From Nitrospira defluvii (GTDB lineage: Bacteria > Nitrospirota > Nitrospiria > Nitrospirales > Nitrospiraceae): a stretch of DNA of 64,000 bases. Where the stretch lies: NCBI GenBank assembly GCA_011525625.1, contig WYAX01000022.1, positions 33,218 to 97,217 on the forward strand, written 5' to 3'. Shown here one piece after another: positions 9,587 through 19,063 of the stretch (position 1 is the first letter of the stretch; every line of letters starts with the position of its first letter). The notes under the pieces are model-generated. The model was not told the origin of the DNA and searched no databases. It was given only the letters and a program-made list of their open reading frames with translations. The position numbers and the translations under genes were made by a program.

Positions 9587-9901
9587 TCAGTGACGTGAGT
9601 GCGGCGGGGCGGGGATTGGAGGACTCGGAGCATCCTGCTTGGGCTGTTCCGGATCGATGGCCATTTTGGGATCGACGACCGGAGGTCGCACCACCGCCTC
9701 CGGATTCGGGGGAGGGAGGTTGTCCGGTTGTTTGTGAATACCGGGATCGATCTGTGACGGGGGAGCCGGCGGCGGGACAGGAGGTGCCGGCGAGGGTCGC
9801 GACGGAGCGGCCTCCGGCCCGGACTCGGCCGAGGCCACGTTCAGCATCACTGAATGGGTGAGAATGACCGCTGCAACCAGCGTACGTGTCAACAGTATCA
9901 C
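9587..9901 (-). CDS. Exported proline-rich small protein
   Basis: GTG start with AAAGGAGG RBS; signal peptide ending VASA; Pro-rich mature part. Confidence 0.7.
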   Translation of the reverse strand: MILLTRTLVAAVILTHSVMLNVASAESGPEAAPSRPSPAPPVPPPAPPSQIDPGIHKQPDNLPPPNPEAVVRPPVVDPKMAIDPEQPKQDAPSPPIPAPPHSRH

Positions 9902-9997
9902 AAGCGTCCTCCTTTACCGGCAGTGATCACGATTCCCTTCCAGCCTGTCGGTCGCCGAACGAACGATCCAGACGTCGCACAGCGGAGGGCCTATCGG

Positions 9998-10336
9998 TTA
10001 GGCCGTTCGGCGCTTGGAAGCCGTGCGCGTGGCCGACGTACGTTTGGGCATCACCTTGGCGACGGTTTGTTCAACCTTTCCGATCACCTTTCCCAGCACA
10101 CTGCCGATCGCACTTCCGACCTGGCGTGCGCTCGGTGAAGCGGCCTTGGCGGGAACTGGCTTTTTTTTCGATGGGGAACCGCGTTTCGGCACTCGCCGGG
10201 AGTCTCGAACGGCATCCTTGACGTGTTTGCGTTCGATGACGCGTGGCGTCGGATCGATCGGGTCGCGCGGCACCCGTCGTCCGGTCGATGAAGGCGCCTT
10301 GCGGCTTCGAGAGTTGGCGACTGTCGGTCGTTTCAT
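9998..10336 (-). CDS. Small Lys/Arg-rich hypothetical protein
   Basis: GAGGAG RBS before ATG 10336; very basic with one amphipathic segment (VGSAIGSVLGKVIGKV); boxed promoter upstream. Confidence 0.6.
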   Translation of the reverse strand: MKRPTVANSRSRKAPSSTGRRVPRDPIDPTPRVIERKHVKDAVRDSRRVPKRGSPSKKKPVPAKAASPSARQVGSAIGSVLGKVIGKVEQTVAKVMPKRTSATRTASKRRTA

Positions 10337-10466
10337 GAGCACTCCTCTCCAGCGGGTACGAGACGCTGCATCTGCGGCAGACGAGCAGACCGAGCGGTAA
10401 TCTCTGTCTCTCCCCTGTCTCTCCCATTGCTAGGGTAACAATAGCGGTTCTGTCGCTCTCCCGGTA

Positions 10467-10482
10467 CTGGATAATCTCCTAG
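10467..10482 (-). promoter_or_regulatory. CTAG-N8-CTAG box (CTGGataatctcCTAG)
   Basis: TATTGT (10443..10438) 23 nt away on the - strand. Confidence 0.75.
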
Positions 10483-10716
10483 TTTTCTTCTCGCCCACGC
10501 GGTGTGCACGGATGAGAGGCGCTTGCTTGATCGCGCCGGGCGTCTTTTGCCCACTGCATAGGTACGCGAGGGGCCTTTTCCGTCCCCACGCGCGAAGGCA
10601 GGGTCGGTATCATCAACTCGTCGGTGCCCGCACGTATCGTTCGATGTGGTCGTCGAGACGCGGATTCCGCAACGTCATTCGGCGATTTCGAGAAGTGACG
10701 TCAGAAACCATGCGGG

Positions 10717-10732
10717 CTAGGGGTTTCACTAG
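10717..10732 (+). promoter_or_regulatory. CTAG-N8-CTAG box, perfect (CTAGgggtttcaCTAG)
   Basis: TATAAG (10757..10762) 24 nt downstream; upstream of the putative outer-membrane protein and NarL regulator 1. Confidence 0.8.
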
Positions 10733-10810
10733 GCCGCAGCCCTATGACAACTGTTCTATAAGGAAACAGCATCGAACAGTCAGTCCCTGTATGGGAGGAA
10801 AGCGAGGCGT

Positions 10811-12133
10811 GTGAGCGTATCCGTCAAGTCCCGTCGAACAGTCGTGGTGGTTCTGTCTGTCATGATCGGCCTGCTGAATCTGAATATCTTTCTCTCCGAT
10901 CGACAAGCCGGAGAGGCGTGGGGCGAGGAACCGACGCCGATCGCGGGGGAGGAGTTTCGTACGACGCTCTTCGGAGAAGAGATTTATGTGCCGCCGCGTG
11001 ACCGGCGGAGCGTCACGGCCATGAGTTTCGGCATTCAGGCGATTCCAAACGGGCCGAGTCAGATGGAAGCGCTGCCGTTCGGGGCCCTGTATCTCTGGAG
11101 AAATTGGGACGACGACAATCGACGGCTTCGCGGGACGTTTTCCGGTGTGGTGAACGATGTCGATTACACCATCGGTCTGCGGGACTATCCGAACTGGTCG
11201 CTGTTGTTGACGTGGGACAACTTCGTGCTTCCCATGGGTCGGTCCGAATATGTGCAGGGCCAGCGTCAGAGGGGAACGGAACTGGAGTGGAGTTATGCCT
11301 TCGCCGGGGCCGGGCTGGGATATCGGTTGCCGGTGCACCCGTTCCGGCAAGACAGCGCCGTCAACGTGTCTGTGACGTATGAGGCCGGATACCGCTGGTT
11401 TAAGGGGACCGGTCATACGGCGTCCGATTATGGGGTGCCGAAGGATACCTACGAAGGGCGCATCCATTTTCGAATCCGCGCGGATGCGTTGAAGCGTAAC
11501 TTGATGGAACTCCCGCATGAAGGGGTCACCATGGGGGCCGATGTGCTGCACGGTCATCGCGCCAAGTGGGATCAATGGGGCGGGGCGCCCTTCAACACGC
11601 CCGATTTCAAGAAGGAACGGACCTATATTCAGGCGAGTGCCTACGCGTTGCTGGCGACGGGACTGCCGTTCATCGAGAGCGACAAGCATCGCTTGCTGAC
11701 GAGTGTACATGGCGGTATCGGAAAAGATCTGGATCGGTTCTCCGCGTTCCGTCTGCCGGGACGACCCACCGGCTATGAGTGGGAGGCGATCTCCCTTCCG
11801 ATGATCCACGGCGTGGCGTTCAATGAACTCTTTCCCACCCGCTATGCGGTGGCGAATCTTCAGTATCGGTACGAGGCGTTGTTCTTTTTATATCCCTACG
11901 TCGAGGCCACGTGGGGCCTGGTCGAACGTCCGGTGTTCACGTCGAACACGGCCGTGAAGCAGATCACGGATTCAATGCCGGCGTTAGGGGGAGGATTAGT
12001 GACCGGTGCTCCGTGGAAATCGCAGGTCGAGCTGAACTACACGTATAACTTCGGCATTTATCGGGATCCCGGTGGTGCCCCTCCGACCAAGGGTGGCCAT
12101 GGTCTCATCGTCTTTTGGTCCAAAGAACTCTAA
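10811..12133 (+). CDS. Putative outer-membrane beta-barrel protein
   Basis: Hydrophobic N-terminus; aromatic/Gly-rich alternating strands; ends HGLIVFWSKEL. No family recognised. Confidence 0.6.
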   Translation: MSVSVKSRRTVVVVLSVMIGLLNLNIFLSDRQAGEAWGEEPTPIAGEEFRTTLFGEEIYVPPRDRRSVTAMSFGIQAIPNGPSQMEALPFGALYLWRNWDDDNRRLRGTFSGVVNDVDYTIGLRDYPNWSLLLTWDNFVLPMGRSEYVQGQRQRGTELEWSYAFAGAGLGYRLPVHPFRQDSAVNVSVTYEAGYRWFKGTGHTASDYGVPKDTYEGRIHFRIRADALKRNLMELPHEGVTMGADVLHGHRAKWDQWGGAPFNTPDFKKERTYIQASAYALLATGLPFIESDKHRLLTSVHGGIGKDLDRFSAFRLPGRPTGYEWEAISLPMIHGVAFNELFPTRYAVANLQYRYEALFFLYPYVEATWGLVERPVFTSNTAVKQITDSMPALGGGLVTGAPWKSQVELNYTYNFGIYRDPGGAPPTKGGHGLIVFWSKEL

Positions 12134-12221
12134 CAGGAGCCGACCTCTCGTAATCTTGCGGAGACAGTGGTAGGATTTTTTGTCCCGCTACGCATTTCCC
12201 CCTCTAGCCTGGAGCCATGCC

Positions 12222-12905
12222 ATGAAACCCAGAGTCCTGATCGCTGATGACCATACACTCGTGGCGGAAGGTATCGAACGATTGCTGGAGCGCGAGTGCG
12301 ACCTGTGCGGCAGAGTCGCCGACGGACGAGCTCTTGTGCAGGCCGTCGAGCGCGACAGACCGGATATCGCGCTGGTGGATATCGCCCTGCCGCTGCTTAA
12401 CGGATTAGATGCGTGCCGTCAAATCAAGAAGGCCGCGCCGGAGGTGAAGTTGCTGGTGCTCACCATGCACGGAGAACAGTACTTCGTCACGGAAGCGTTT
12501 CGCGCCGGAGTCTCAGGCTATGTACTCAAGCAGTCTGTCGCCGAGGAACTGGTCTTTGCGGTCAAGGAAGTGCTGAAGGGGCGCATGTATGTGTCTCCGA
12601 GCGTCGCCGAGAATCTGGTCGAGCAGGCGCTGCACCCCAGCGCGGAACGACCGTCCGTCGAGACGGCTGCACATGACGGGCTGAGCGTGCGGCAGCGGGA
12701 AGTCCTGCAACTGATCGCCGAGGGGCAGTCGACCAAAGAGATTGCGTCGACGTTGAATGTGTCGATTAAGACGGTGGAGTTCCACAAGACGCGGATCATG
12801 AAACAACTCGGCGTGCATAGTACGGCCGAATTGACCAAACACGCGATTGCGATCGGGTTGATTGTGATGCCTCAACAGCCGACCGTCCCCGAGTCGAGGG
12901 TCTAG
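12222..12905 (+). CDS. NarL/FixJ-family response regulator (REC + LuxR HTH), RR1
   Basis: VLIADDH, phosphoacceptor LVDIALP, LTMH, VLKQS; HTH LSVRQREVLQLIAEGQSTKEIASTLNVSIKTVEFHK. Confidence 0.92.
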   Translation: MKPRVLIADDHTLVAEGIERLLERECDLCGRVADGRALVQAVERDRPDIALVDIALPLLNGLDACRQIKKAAPEVKLLVLTMHGEQYFVTEAFRAGVSGYVLKQSVAEELVFAVKEVLKGRMYVSPSVAENLVEQALHPSAERPSVETAAHDGLSVRQREVLQLIAEGQSTKEIASTLNVSIKTVEFHKTRIMKQLGVHSTAELTKHAIAIGLIVMPQQPTVPESRV

Positions 12906-13107
12906 CAGGCTGCGGAAGCACTCGTGTGTTGCCCAATACGCTCGGATCACCTCATGCGCCGTATCGGCAGCAGAATGCCCCGCAGGATGCGCACACAGGC
13001 CGTCCAGCAAGGCCGCAGCGAGCGACGTGGCCAATCTCCTCCCGCCGTACGGTGAGCGGCTGAGGGATGCGAGCACGCCGCCGGCGGACGTTCATCCTGC
13101 TAGGCGT
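12905..13107. repeat. Copy 2 of the ~205-bp dispersed repeat
   Basis: Fills the gap between the convergent RR stop codons; bounded by CTAGCAGGCTG (12902-12912) / CATCCTGCTAG (13093-13103). Confidence 0.85.
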
Positions 13108-13763
13108 CACGGTTGTGGCTTGTCGAGAGTCGTCAAGCCCTGTGACAACGCGAACCGTGTCAGTTCGGCCGTCGTGTGAATGCCTAGGCGACGAGTGATG
13201 TTGCCTTTGTGAAACTCCACAGCTTTCGCCGAGACTTTGAGTTCCGCCGCGATTTCTTTCGTCGAACGCCCCCTCGTCAACAGCTGCAACACCTCCTGCT
13301 GGCGCGGTGTGAGTTTGGACGAAAACCCCTCCGGTTTGACCCACGGCGTCTCGATCGAGTCCTGCACTTCCACGGACAGCTGAGGGGAAATGTAGCGGCG
13401 ATTTTTCAGCGCCGCGGTCAGCGCCGTGAGGAGCTCGGTCGAGGCCGACTGCTTCAGCACGTATCCTACCGCACCAAGATCGAATGCTTGGGTAATATAA
13501 AAAGGCTCGCTCATCATCGTGACGAAGATCAACTTTGTCCGAGGCAGGGCTGCCCGAAGTTGTCGTGACACATCGAGGCCGTTTACAGTCGGCATGGAAA
13601 TGTCCAGCAGGATGATGTCGGGGGATAAGGCCGGCGCCATGCGCAGTAATTCCTCGCCGTTCACCGCGGATCCGACCACCTCATACTCCGGTTCCAACAG
13701 TTGCCGATAGGCTTCCAGAACGATGCTGTGGTCGTCGGCGATCACGAGACGCGCTTTGGGCAC
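13107..13763 (-). CDS. NarL/FixJ-family response regulator (REC + LuxR HTH), RR2
   Basis: LVIADDH, LLDISMP, VTMM, VLKQS; HTH LTPRQQEVLQLLTRGRSTKEIAAELKVSAKAVEFHK; GGAGG RBS before GTG. Confidence 0.92.
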   Translation of the reverse strand: MPKARLVIADDHSIVLEAYRQLLEPEYEVVGSAVNGEELLRMAPALSPDIILLDISMPTVNGLDVSRQLRAALPRTKLIFVTMMSEPFYITQAFDLGAVGYVLKQSASTELLTALTAALKNRRYISPQLSVEVQDSIETPWVKPEGFSSKLTPRQQEVLQLLTRGRSTKEIAAELKVSAKAVEFHKGNITRRLGIHTTAELTRFALSQGLTTLDKPQP

Positions 13764-13883
13764 GGATCCCTCCTTCTCGATGGTGCGTGTGTGTCACGCA
13801 GCATATCAGGCTCCGCCTCGACAATGACAGTCGGGGCGTGAACCAGTGGTTTCACATGTATCACAGCCATGGGCTCGATGTGC

Positions 13884-13899
13884 CTAGGAAATCCCCTCA
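13884..13899 (-). promoter_or_regulatory. Degenerate box (CTAGgaaatcccCTCA) upstream of RR2
   Basis: TACATG (13860..13855) 23 nt away on the - strand. Confidence 0.6.
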
Positions 13900-13911
13900 T
13901 TCCGTCCGTCG

Positions 13912-13927
13912 CCAGGGCATCGCCTAG
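13912..13927 (+). promoter_or_regulatory. CTAG-N8-CTAG box (CCAGggcatcgcCTAG) upstream of SOD
   Basis: TAGCCT (13951..13956) 23 nt downstream. Confidence 0.8.
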
Positions 13928-14013
13928 TGGGCCCGACGTATCGACGGTGGTAGCCTGACCATGAACACGGCGTCGATCGACGGAAGCCATCTCAGAGCTA
14001 TGGAGGACAACGT

Positions 14014-14649
14014 ATGAACACGCCCGATCTGTATCGCGTCAAGTCCTACGATCTGTTCGGATTGACCGGTATTTCAGACGATACCCTGCGCATGCACTTC
14101 GGTCTGTATGAGGGGTATGTCAAAGCCGCAAATGCACTGCGGGGCCAGCTTGAGGAGTTGCGGCGCGACGGGAAGGTCGATCAGGAAGCCATGCCGGCGT
14201 ACTCGGAACTCACCAGGCGTTTGGGGTTTGAATACAACGGCATGGTACTCCATGAGTACTATTTCGGAAACCTCCTCCGTGGCGGTGGGGATCGTCCCGC
14301 GCCGGAATCGAGTTTCGGGCGGGCGATCGCCAGAACGTTCGGCGATTTTGAACGATGGCAAGCGGATTTTTGCAGCGTCGGCATGTTACGTGGCGTGGGA
14401 TGGGCGATCTGCAATGTCGATCCGTCGAGCGGCTTGGTGTCGAACCATTGGGTCACGCTTCATGAACATGGCAATGTCGCGGGGTTTCAACCGGTGTTGG
14501 TCATGGATGTGTGGGAGCATGCGTATCTGCTCGATTATGCGCCTCACGAGCGAAGGCAGTACATCGACTCATTTTTTCAGAATATCGCCTGGGGCGCGAT
14601 CGAAGACCGCATGCAAGCCGGACTGTCTCCGGCCATGGCCCATCGATAA
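14014..14649 (+). CDS. Fe/Mn-family superoxide dismutase
   Basis: Metal ligands in MHFGLYEGYV, LHEYYF and MDVWEHAYLLDY; GGAGG RBS. Confidence 0.9.
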   Translation: MNTPDLYRVKSYDLFGLTGISDDTLRMHFGLYEGYVKAANALRGQLEELRRDGKVDQEAMPAYSELTRRLGFEYNGMVLHEYYFGNLLRGGGDRPAPESSFGRAIARTFGDFERWQADFCSVGMLRGVGWAICNVDPSSGLVSNHWVTLHEHGNVAGFQPVLVMDVWEHAYLLDYAPHERRQYIDSFFQNIAWGAIEDRMQAGLSPAMAHR

Positions 14650-14949
14650 CGGAGCACGAGCATGAGACGAGATCCGTTCGTGAAGTCACCCCATCCGTCG
14701 CCACCGGATCCCGAGCCGCTTCCCGACCCGGCGCCCGGCCCCTGTCCGCCGGAACCGTTTCCTTCGCCGGTTCCTCCGCACCCGACGAAGCCGCCGATAC
14801 CGCAATTGGGGAATGTGAGGCGTGGTGCGCGGGGCGCCTGGCTGTGTTCGTTCGGATGGTACGGAACCTTCCGACGGTATTCTCGTCGATGGCCTTCGCA
14901 AACACGCAGACGAGCAGTCCGCGACGGTCGAGCGAGAAGGAGGTCGTAT

Positions 14950-15246
14950 ATGGATGCATCACACAAGGTCGATCTCATCCGTCCCTGGATTGATCCGGAG
15001 GAGCGGGTGACGGTGGATTTTCATAATGAGCGAGGGTTGAACGGAGAAATCGTCGAATGTGACGGCCAGACCGTGACGATGGTGCTGGAGACCGCGTTTC
15101 CGCACTATCGCCAAACCGTGACGCTTCCGCTGAGCATGGTGTCGATCGGCGAAGACAAGGGGCATTACACGAGAAATCCCGAAAGGCCGTTGCAGTACGG
15201 TCGGCTGCGCCTCGTCGTGCATGAGGACAGGCCTCATATGGCGTAA
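14950..15246 (+). CDS. Hypothetical protein (98 aa)
   Basis: AAGGAGG RBS before ATG 14950. The in-frame Pro-rich upstream part from 14662 may or may not be translated. Confidence 0.6.
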   Translation: MDASHKVDLIRPWIDPEERVTVDFHNERGLNGEIVECDGQTVTMVLETAFPHYRQTVTLPLSMVSIGEDKGHYTRNPERPLQYGRLRLVVHEDRPHMA

Positions 15247-15262
15247 TGGTTCGGAGGAGACG

Positions 15263-15751
15263 ATGGCTACCAACAGGAGCAGCGCAGCCGATTTTCGCAA
15301 AGCCGTCGCTACGCAGGCGACTCGTCCCGCGGCGGGGATTTATCTGGAGTCGACCCGCAACGAACAATTGAGTCTCTTGCCCGGAGACGTCACCCAGGTG
15401 AAAGACGTCATGACCACACAGGTGACGACCGCGACCCCGCGGACCAGTCTCGCGGAGGCAGCCGGCTTGATGAAGAACCTCAATGTGCCGGTCGTGGTGG
15501 TGTTCGAGGGGGCGTGTTTGCGAGGGATGCTGACTGAACGCGACATGGGACTCAATCCGTCCATCAGAAACGCCTCCCCGAATGCCGCCGTCGAACGGTT
15601 CATGAACACCTCGATTCCCTCCTGTCATGACGACGATGCGCTCAAGGATGCCCTCGATCTCATGCGTATCGCCAAGCTGGAATGGCTTCCCGTATTGGAT
15701 CGCCGGCACCGTCTCGTCGGAGTGCTTTCTACATACACGGCCCATCCCTGA
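15263..15751 (+). CDS. CBS-domain protein
   Basis: VKDVMTTQV..ATPRTSLAEAAGLM..LRGMLTERD; second CBS ending LPVLDRRHRLVGVLS; GGAGG RBS. Confidence 0.85.
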   Translation: MATNRSSAADFRKAVATQATRPAAGIYLESTRNEQLSLLPGDVTQVKDVMTTQVTTATPRTSLAEAAGLMKNLNVPVVVVFEGACLRGMLTERDMGLNPSIRNASPNAAVERFMNTSIPSCHDDDALKDALDLMRIAKLEWLPVLDRRHRLVGVLSTYTAHP

Positions 15752-15777
15752 TCCGCCAGGGCCCTCTTTGTCCAGGT

Positions 15778-15793
15778 CTAGGGACATCCCTAG
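15778..15793 (+). promoter_or_regulatory. CTAG-N8-CTAG box, perfect (CTAGggacatccCTAG)
   Basis: TAAGGT (15817..15822) 23 nt downstream. Confidence 0.85.
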
Positions 15794-15874
15794 TCCTGTC
15801 CTGCCGCCGCCTCGCCTAAGGTGAGTTCAACAGCCGTCACTCTCGCACCGTCTGTCTCACGAAAAGAGGTCGTT

Positions 15875-16057
15875 ATGCAGATGCTCACTGCCCCGTCGAT
15901 CCCTTCTGGAGTCGTCCTGACCGTCGCCCTGTGTGCGCTGGCGTTCGGGGTGCAATCCAAGCAACTCCTGTCCAGATTCACCGCCGGTCGCGAGGAGGGC
16001 GAACCGCTGGGGTGCGAATCGGCCTGGCCGCATCTCCGGACAGATTGCCGCATGTAA
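15875..16057 (+). CDS. Candidate 60-aa membrane microprotein
   Basis: AGAGG RBS; first ORF after a boxed promoter; one hydrophobic segment (GVVLTVALCALAFGV). Confidence 0.45.
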   Translation: MQMLTAPSIPSGVVLTVALCALAFGVQSKQLLSRFTAGREEGEPLGCESAWPHLRTDCRM

Positions 16058-16115
16058 TGCCGTGTGGTGGGTGCCCGCATCTCAACACTGTCAGCACACT
16101 GTGAAAGGAGCCGCT

Positions 16116-16655
16116 ATGAGCCGTACGAAAGGCCAATCATCATTCGCTCAGGATATCCAAGCCCTCAGAGAACGCGCCCGTCAACACATCGAGGATGGGG
16201 CGCAGACGTCGGACTACCGGGCGGATCGCGATACCGTCCTCCGCCTGCTGAACGAGGCGTTGGCGACCGAAATCGTCTGTGTCCTGCGTTACCGGCGGCA
16301 CTACTTCATGGCGGAAGGCATGAACGCGGAAAGCGTGAAGGCGGAATTCTTGGCGCATGCCGGGGAAGAGCAGGCGCATGCCGATCAATTGGCCGAGCGC
16401 ATTGTGCAACTGGGCGGCGAGCCGAACTTGTCGCCGTCCGGTCTGACCGAGCGCAGCCATAGCGAGTACGTGGAGGGGGACGATCTGGAGGACATGATCA
16501 AGGAGGATTTGGTGGCTGAACGGATCGCGATCGAAAGTTACCGGGACATGATTGCCTTCGTCGGAAGCGACGACCCGACCACGCGACGCCTGTTGGAGGA
16601 AATCCTCGCTAAAGAAGAAGAACATGCGGAGGATCTGGTCAGTTTATTGAAGTAG
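16116..16655 (+). CDS. Ferritin-like / bacterioferritin-like diiron protein
   Basis: [28 protein letters not shown] diiron pattern; AAAGGAG RBS. Confidence 0.85.
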   Translation: MSRTKGQSSFAQDIQALRERARQHIEDGAQTSDYRADRDTVLRLLNEALATEIVCVLRYRRHYFMAEGMNAESVKAEFLAHAGEEQAHADQLAERIVQLGGEPNLSPSGLTERSHSEYVEGDDLEDMIKEDLVAERIAIESYRDMIAFVGSDDPTTRRLLEEILAKEEEHAEDLVSLLK

Positions 16656-16667
16656 ACACCATCCCGA

Positions 16668-16698
16668 CGAGCGGCGACGCCACGAGTGTTGCCGCTCG
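16668..16698. other. Intergenic hairpin between the ferritin-like gene and glgX
   Basis: CGAGCGGCGAC pairs with GTTGCCGCTCG (one G-U), 9-nt loop, no U-tract. Confidence 0.55.
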
Positions 16699-16719
16699 GG
16701 ACACCGAACAGGAGACTGC

Positions 16720-18858
16720 ATGAAGGTATGGCCAGGCCGTCCCTATCCGCTGGGGGCAACGTGGGACGGGGAGGGGGTCAACTTCTCTCTGTTCTCTGAA
16801 AACGCGACGTCGGTCGAATTGTGTCTGTTTGATGGACCGGACGCCTCCAAGGAATCCCATCGGATTCGCATGGAGGAGCGGACCAATCAGACGTGGCATG
16901 TGTACCTGCCGGAGGGGCGCCCTGGCCTCCATTATGGGTTTCGGGTAGACGGTCCGTACGATCCGCAAGCGGGACACCGGTTCAACCCGGCGAAGCTGTT
17001 GATCGACCCCTATGCCAAATCCATTGCCGATACCATTCGCCTCTCGGATCGGATGTTCGGCTACCGGTTGGGCGAGGCGGATGGGGATCTGGTGCGTGAT
17101 GACCGCGACAATGCCGAAGAGATGCCGAAATGTGTCGTGGTGGACCAAGCGTTCAGCTGGGGCGGCGATCATCTGCTCCGCACGCCCTGGTCCAAAACGA
17201 TCATTTATGAAGTACACGTGAAGGGATTCACCGCCCGCCATCCGCAGGTGCCGGAACATTTACGCGGCACCTATGCCGGGTTATCCACGCCGGCGGTCAT
17301 TGAGTACCTCCAGGAGCTGGGGGTCACCGCCGTCGAATTGTTGCCGGTGCACCATGCGGTGCAGGACAAACATCTCACGGATCAGGGGCTGACGAATTAC
17401 TGGGGGTACAACACCATCGGATTTTTCGCGCCCGACATGCGCTACGCCGCCAGTCCCGTGCGCGGGCGACATGTGCGCGAATTCAAGACCATGGTCAAAA
17501 CCCTGCACAGCGCCGGAATCGAGGTGATTCTCGACGTGGTCTACAACCATACGGCCGAGGGCAACCACCTGGGGCCGACGCTGTCGTTCCGCGGCATCGA
17601 CAACGCGGCCTACTACCGGCTGATGGCGGACGACCCGCGCTACTACATGGACTACACCGGTTGCGGAAACAGCCTGAATGTCCGACACCCGCGAACCTTG
17701 CAGTTGATCATGGACAGTCTGCGTTATTGGGTTCTGGACATGCACGTGGACGGGTTCCGGTTCGACCTGGCCTCCACCTTGGCCAGAGAACTGCATGAGG
17801 TGGATCGTCTCAGCGCGTTTTTCGACATCATCCATCAGGACCCCATCTTGTCGCAGGTCAAACTGATCGCGGAGCCATGGGATCTCGGGGCCGGGGGGTA
17901 CCAGGTCGGCAATTTCCCGGTCGGCTGGGCGGAATGGAACGGCAAGTATCGCGATGCGATTCGCCGCTACTGGAAGGGAGACGGCGGGCAAGTCGCTGAA
18001 TTAGCCTATCGGCTGTCCGGCAGCAGCGATCTCTATGAAACGAGCGGACGTCGCCCCTTCGCCAGCATTAACTTCATCACGGCGCATGACGGATTCAGCC
18101 TGCAGGATCTCGTGTCGTACAACGAGAAACACAACGAGGCCAACGGCGAGGGCAATCAGGATGGCCACAACGACAACCTCAGCTGGAATTGCGGGATCGA
18201 AGGTCCGACCGATGACCCGGTGATTCTCGATTTGCGTCTGCGACAGAAGCGGAACATGTTGACCACCCTCTTGCTGTCCCAGGGGGTGCCGATGTTGTGC
18301 GGGGGGGATGAAATCGGCCGGACCCAGCAGGGGAACAACAACGCCTACTGCCAGGACAACGATTTGAGCTGGCACGATTGGAATCTGACGGCTGAAGATC
18401 GCGATCTCCTCGGTTTCGTCCGGCAATTGATCGCCCTGCGTCAGCGGCATCCGGTCTTCCGCCGTCGCCGATTTTTTCAGGGGCGGAACATTCATGGGTC
18501 GGAGATCAAGGACATCGTGTGGTTGCGTCCGGACGGCCGGGAGATGGATGAAGCGGATTGGAGCCAAGGATATCTCCGCGCGTTGGGAATCGTCCTGGCC
18601 GGTGATGCCATCGAGGAATCGGATGCACGCGGCAATCGAATCGTCGACGACACGTTCCTGCTGCTCCTCAATGCGCACCATGAGGCGATTCCCTTTCTGT
18701 TGCCTTCCGACGACGGCACTGCTCCCTGGAGCGTGGTCCTCAATACCCATGTGGGTGGAATCGCGCATCCGCCTTCCAGCGTGACGGGCGGCGAGCCCTT
18801 CACCATCGAACCCCGCTCCATGGCCCTGCTCTGCCGGCTGTCTGGCGCGACGTTCTGA
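16720..18858 (+). CDS. glgX: Glycogen debranching enzyme (isoamylase)
   Basis: [74 protein letters not shown]. Confidence 0.95.
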   Translation: MKVWPGRPYPLGATWDGEGVNFSLFSENATSVELCLFDGPDASKESHRIRMEERTNQTWHVYLPEGRPGLHYGFRVDGPYDPQAGHRFNPAKLLIDPYAKSIADTIRLSDRMFGYRLGEADGDLVRDDRDNAEEMPKCVVVDQAFSWGGDHLLRTPWSKTIIYEVHVKGFTARHPQVPEHLRGTYAGLSTPAVIEYLQELGVTAVELLPVHHAVQDKHLTDQGLTNYWGYNTIGFFAPDMRYAASPVRGRHVREFKTMVKTLHSAGIEVILDVVYNHTAEGNHLGPTLSFRGIDNAAYYRLMADDPRYYMDYTGCGNSLNVRHPRTLQLIMDSLRYWVLDMHVDGFRFDLASTLARELHEVDRLSAFFDIIHQDPILSQVKLIAEPWDLGAGGYQVGNFPVGWAEWNGKYRDAIRRYWKGDGGQVAELAYRLSGSSDLYETSGRRPFASINFITAHDGFSLQDLVSYNEKHNEANGEGNQDGHNDNLSWNCGIEGPTDDPVILDLRLRQKRNMLTTLLLSQGVPMLCGGDEIGRTQQGNNNAYCQDNDLSWHDWNLTAEDRDLLGFVRQLIALRQRHPVFRRRRFFQGRNIHGSEIKDIVWLRPDGREMDEADWSQGYLRALGIVLAGDAIEESDARGNRIVDDTFLLLLNAHHEAIPFLLPSDDGTAPWSVVLNTHVGGIAHPPSSVTGGEPFTIEPRSMALLCRLSGATF

Positions 18859-18992
18859 CGCAAGTACCGCTCACCGATGCCTCTGTCCCGCCGGAGGTCA
18901 TTCGATCGACTCCGTCCCTCATCCCTCACAGTAGAGCGGCGTACATCGTGAAAAGCTACGTAGTCCAGACATAGGGGCGTGTGCCTGGAGAA

Positions 18993-19008
18993 CTAGGGGT
19001 ATGTCCAG
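18993..19008 (+). promoter_or_regulatory. CTAG-N8-CTAG box (CTAGgggtatgtCCAG)
   Basis: TATACG (19032..19037) 23 nt downstream; heads the CsbD/PepSY cluster. Confidence 0.75.
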
Positions 19009-19063
19009 GCGTGCATCGAGGTGTTCGGCGGTATACGTAGCCCATACACAACGGGAGGCAAGC

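Noticed and set aside
12166-12210. Box upstream of RR1 (TAGGATTTT half-site, CTAG at 12204)
   Set aside because: No N8-spaced partner, and the implied TSS would fall downstream of the RBS.
13851-13866. CRP/FNR-like site (TTTCAcatgtaTCACA)
   Set aside because: Only one good half-site, and it overlaps the predicted RR2 -10.
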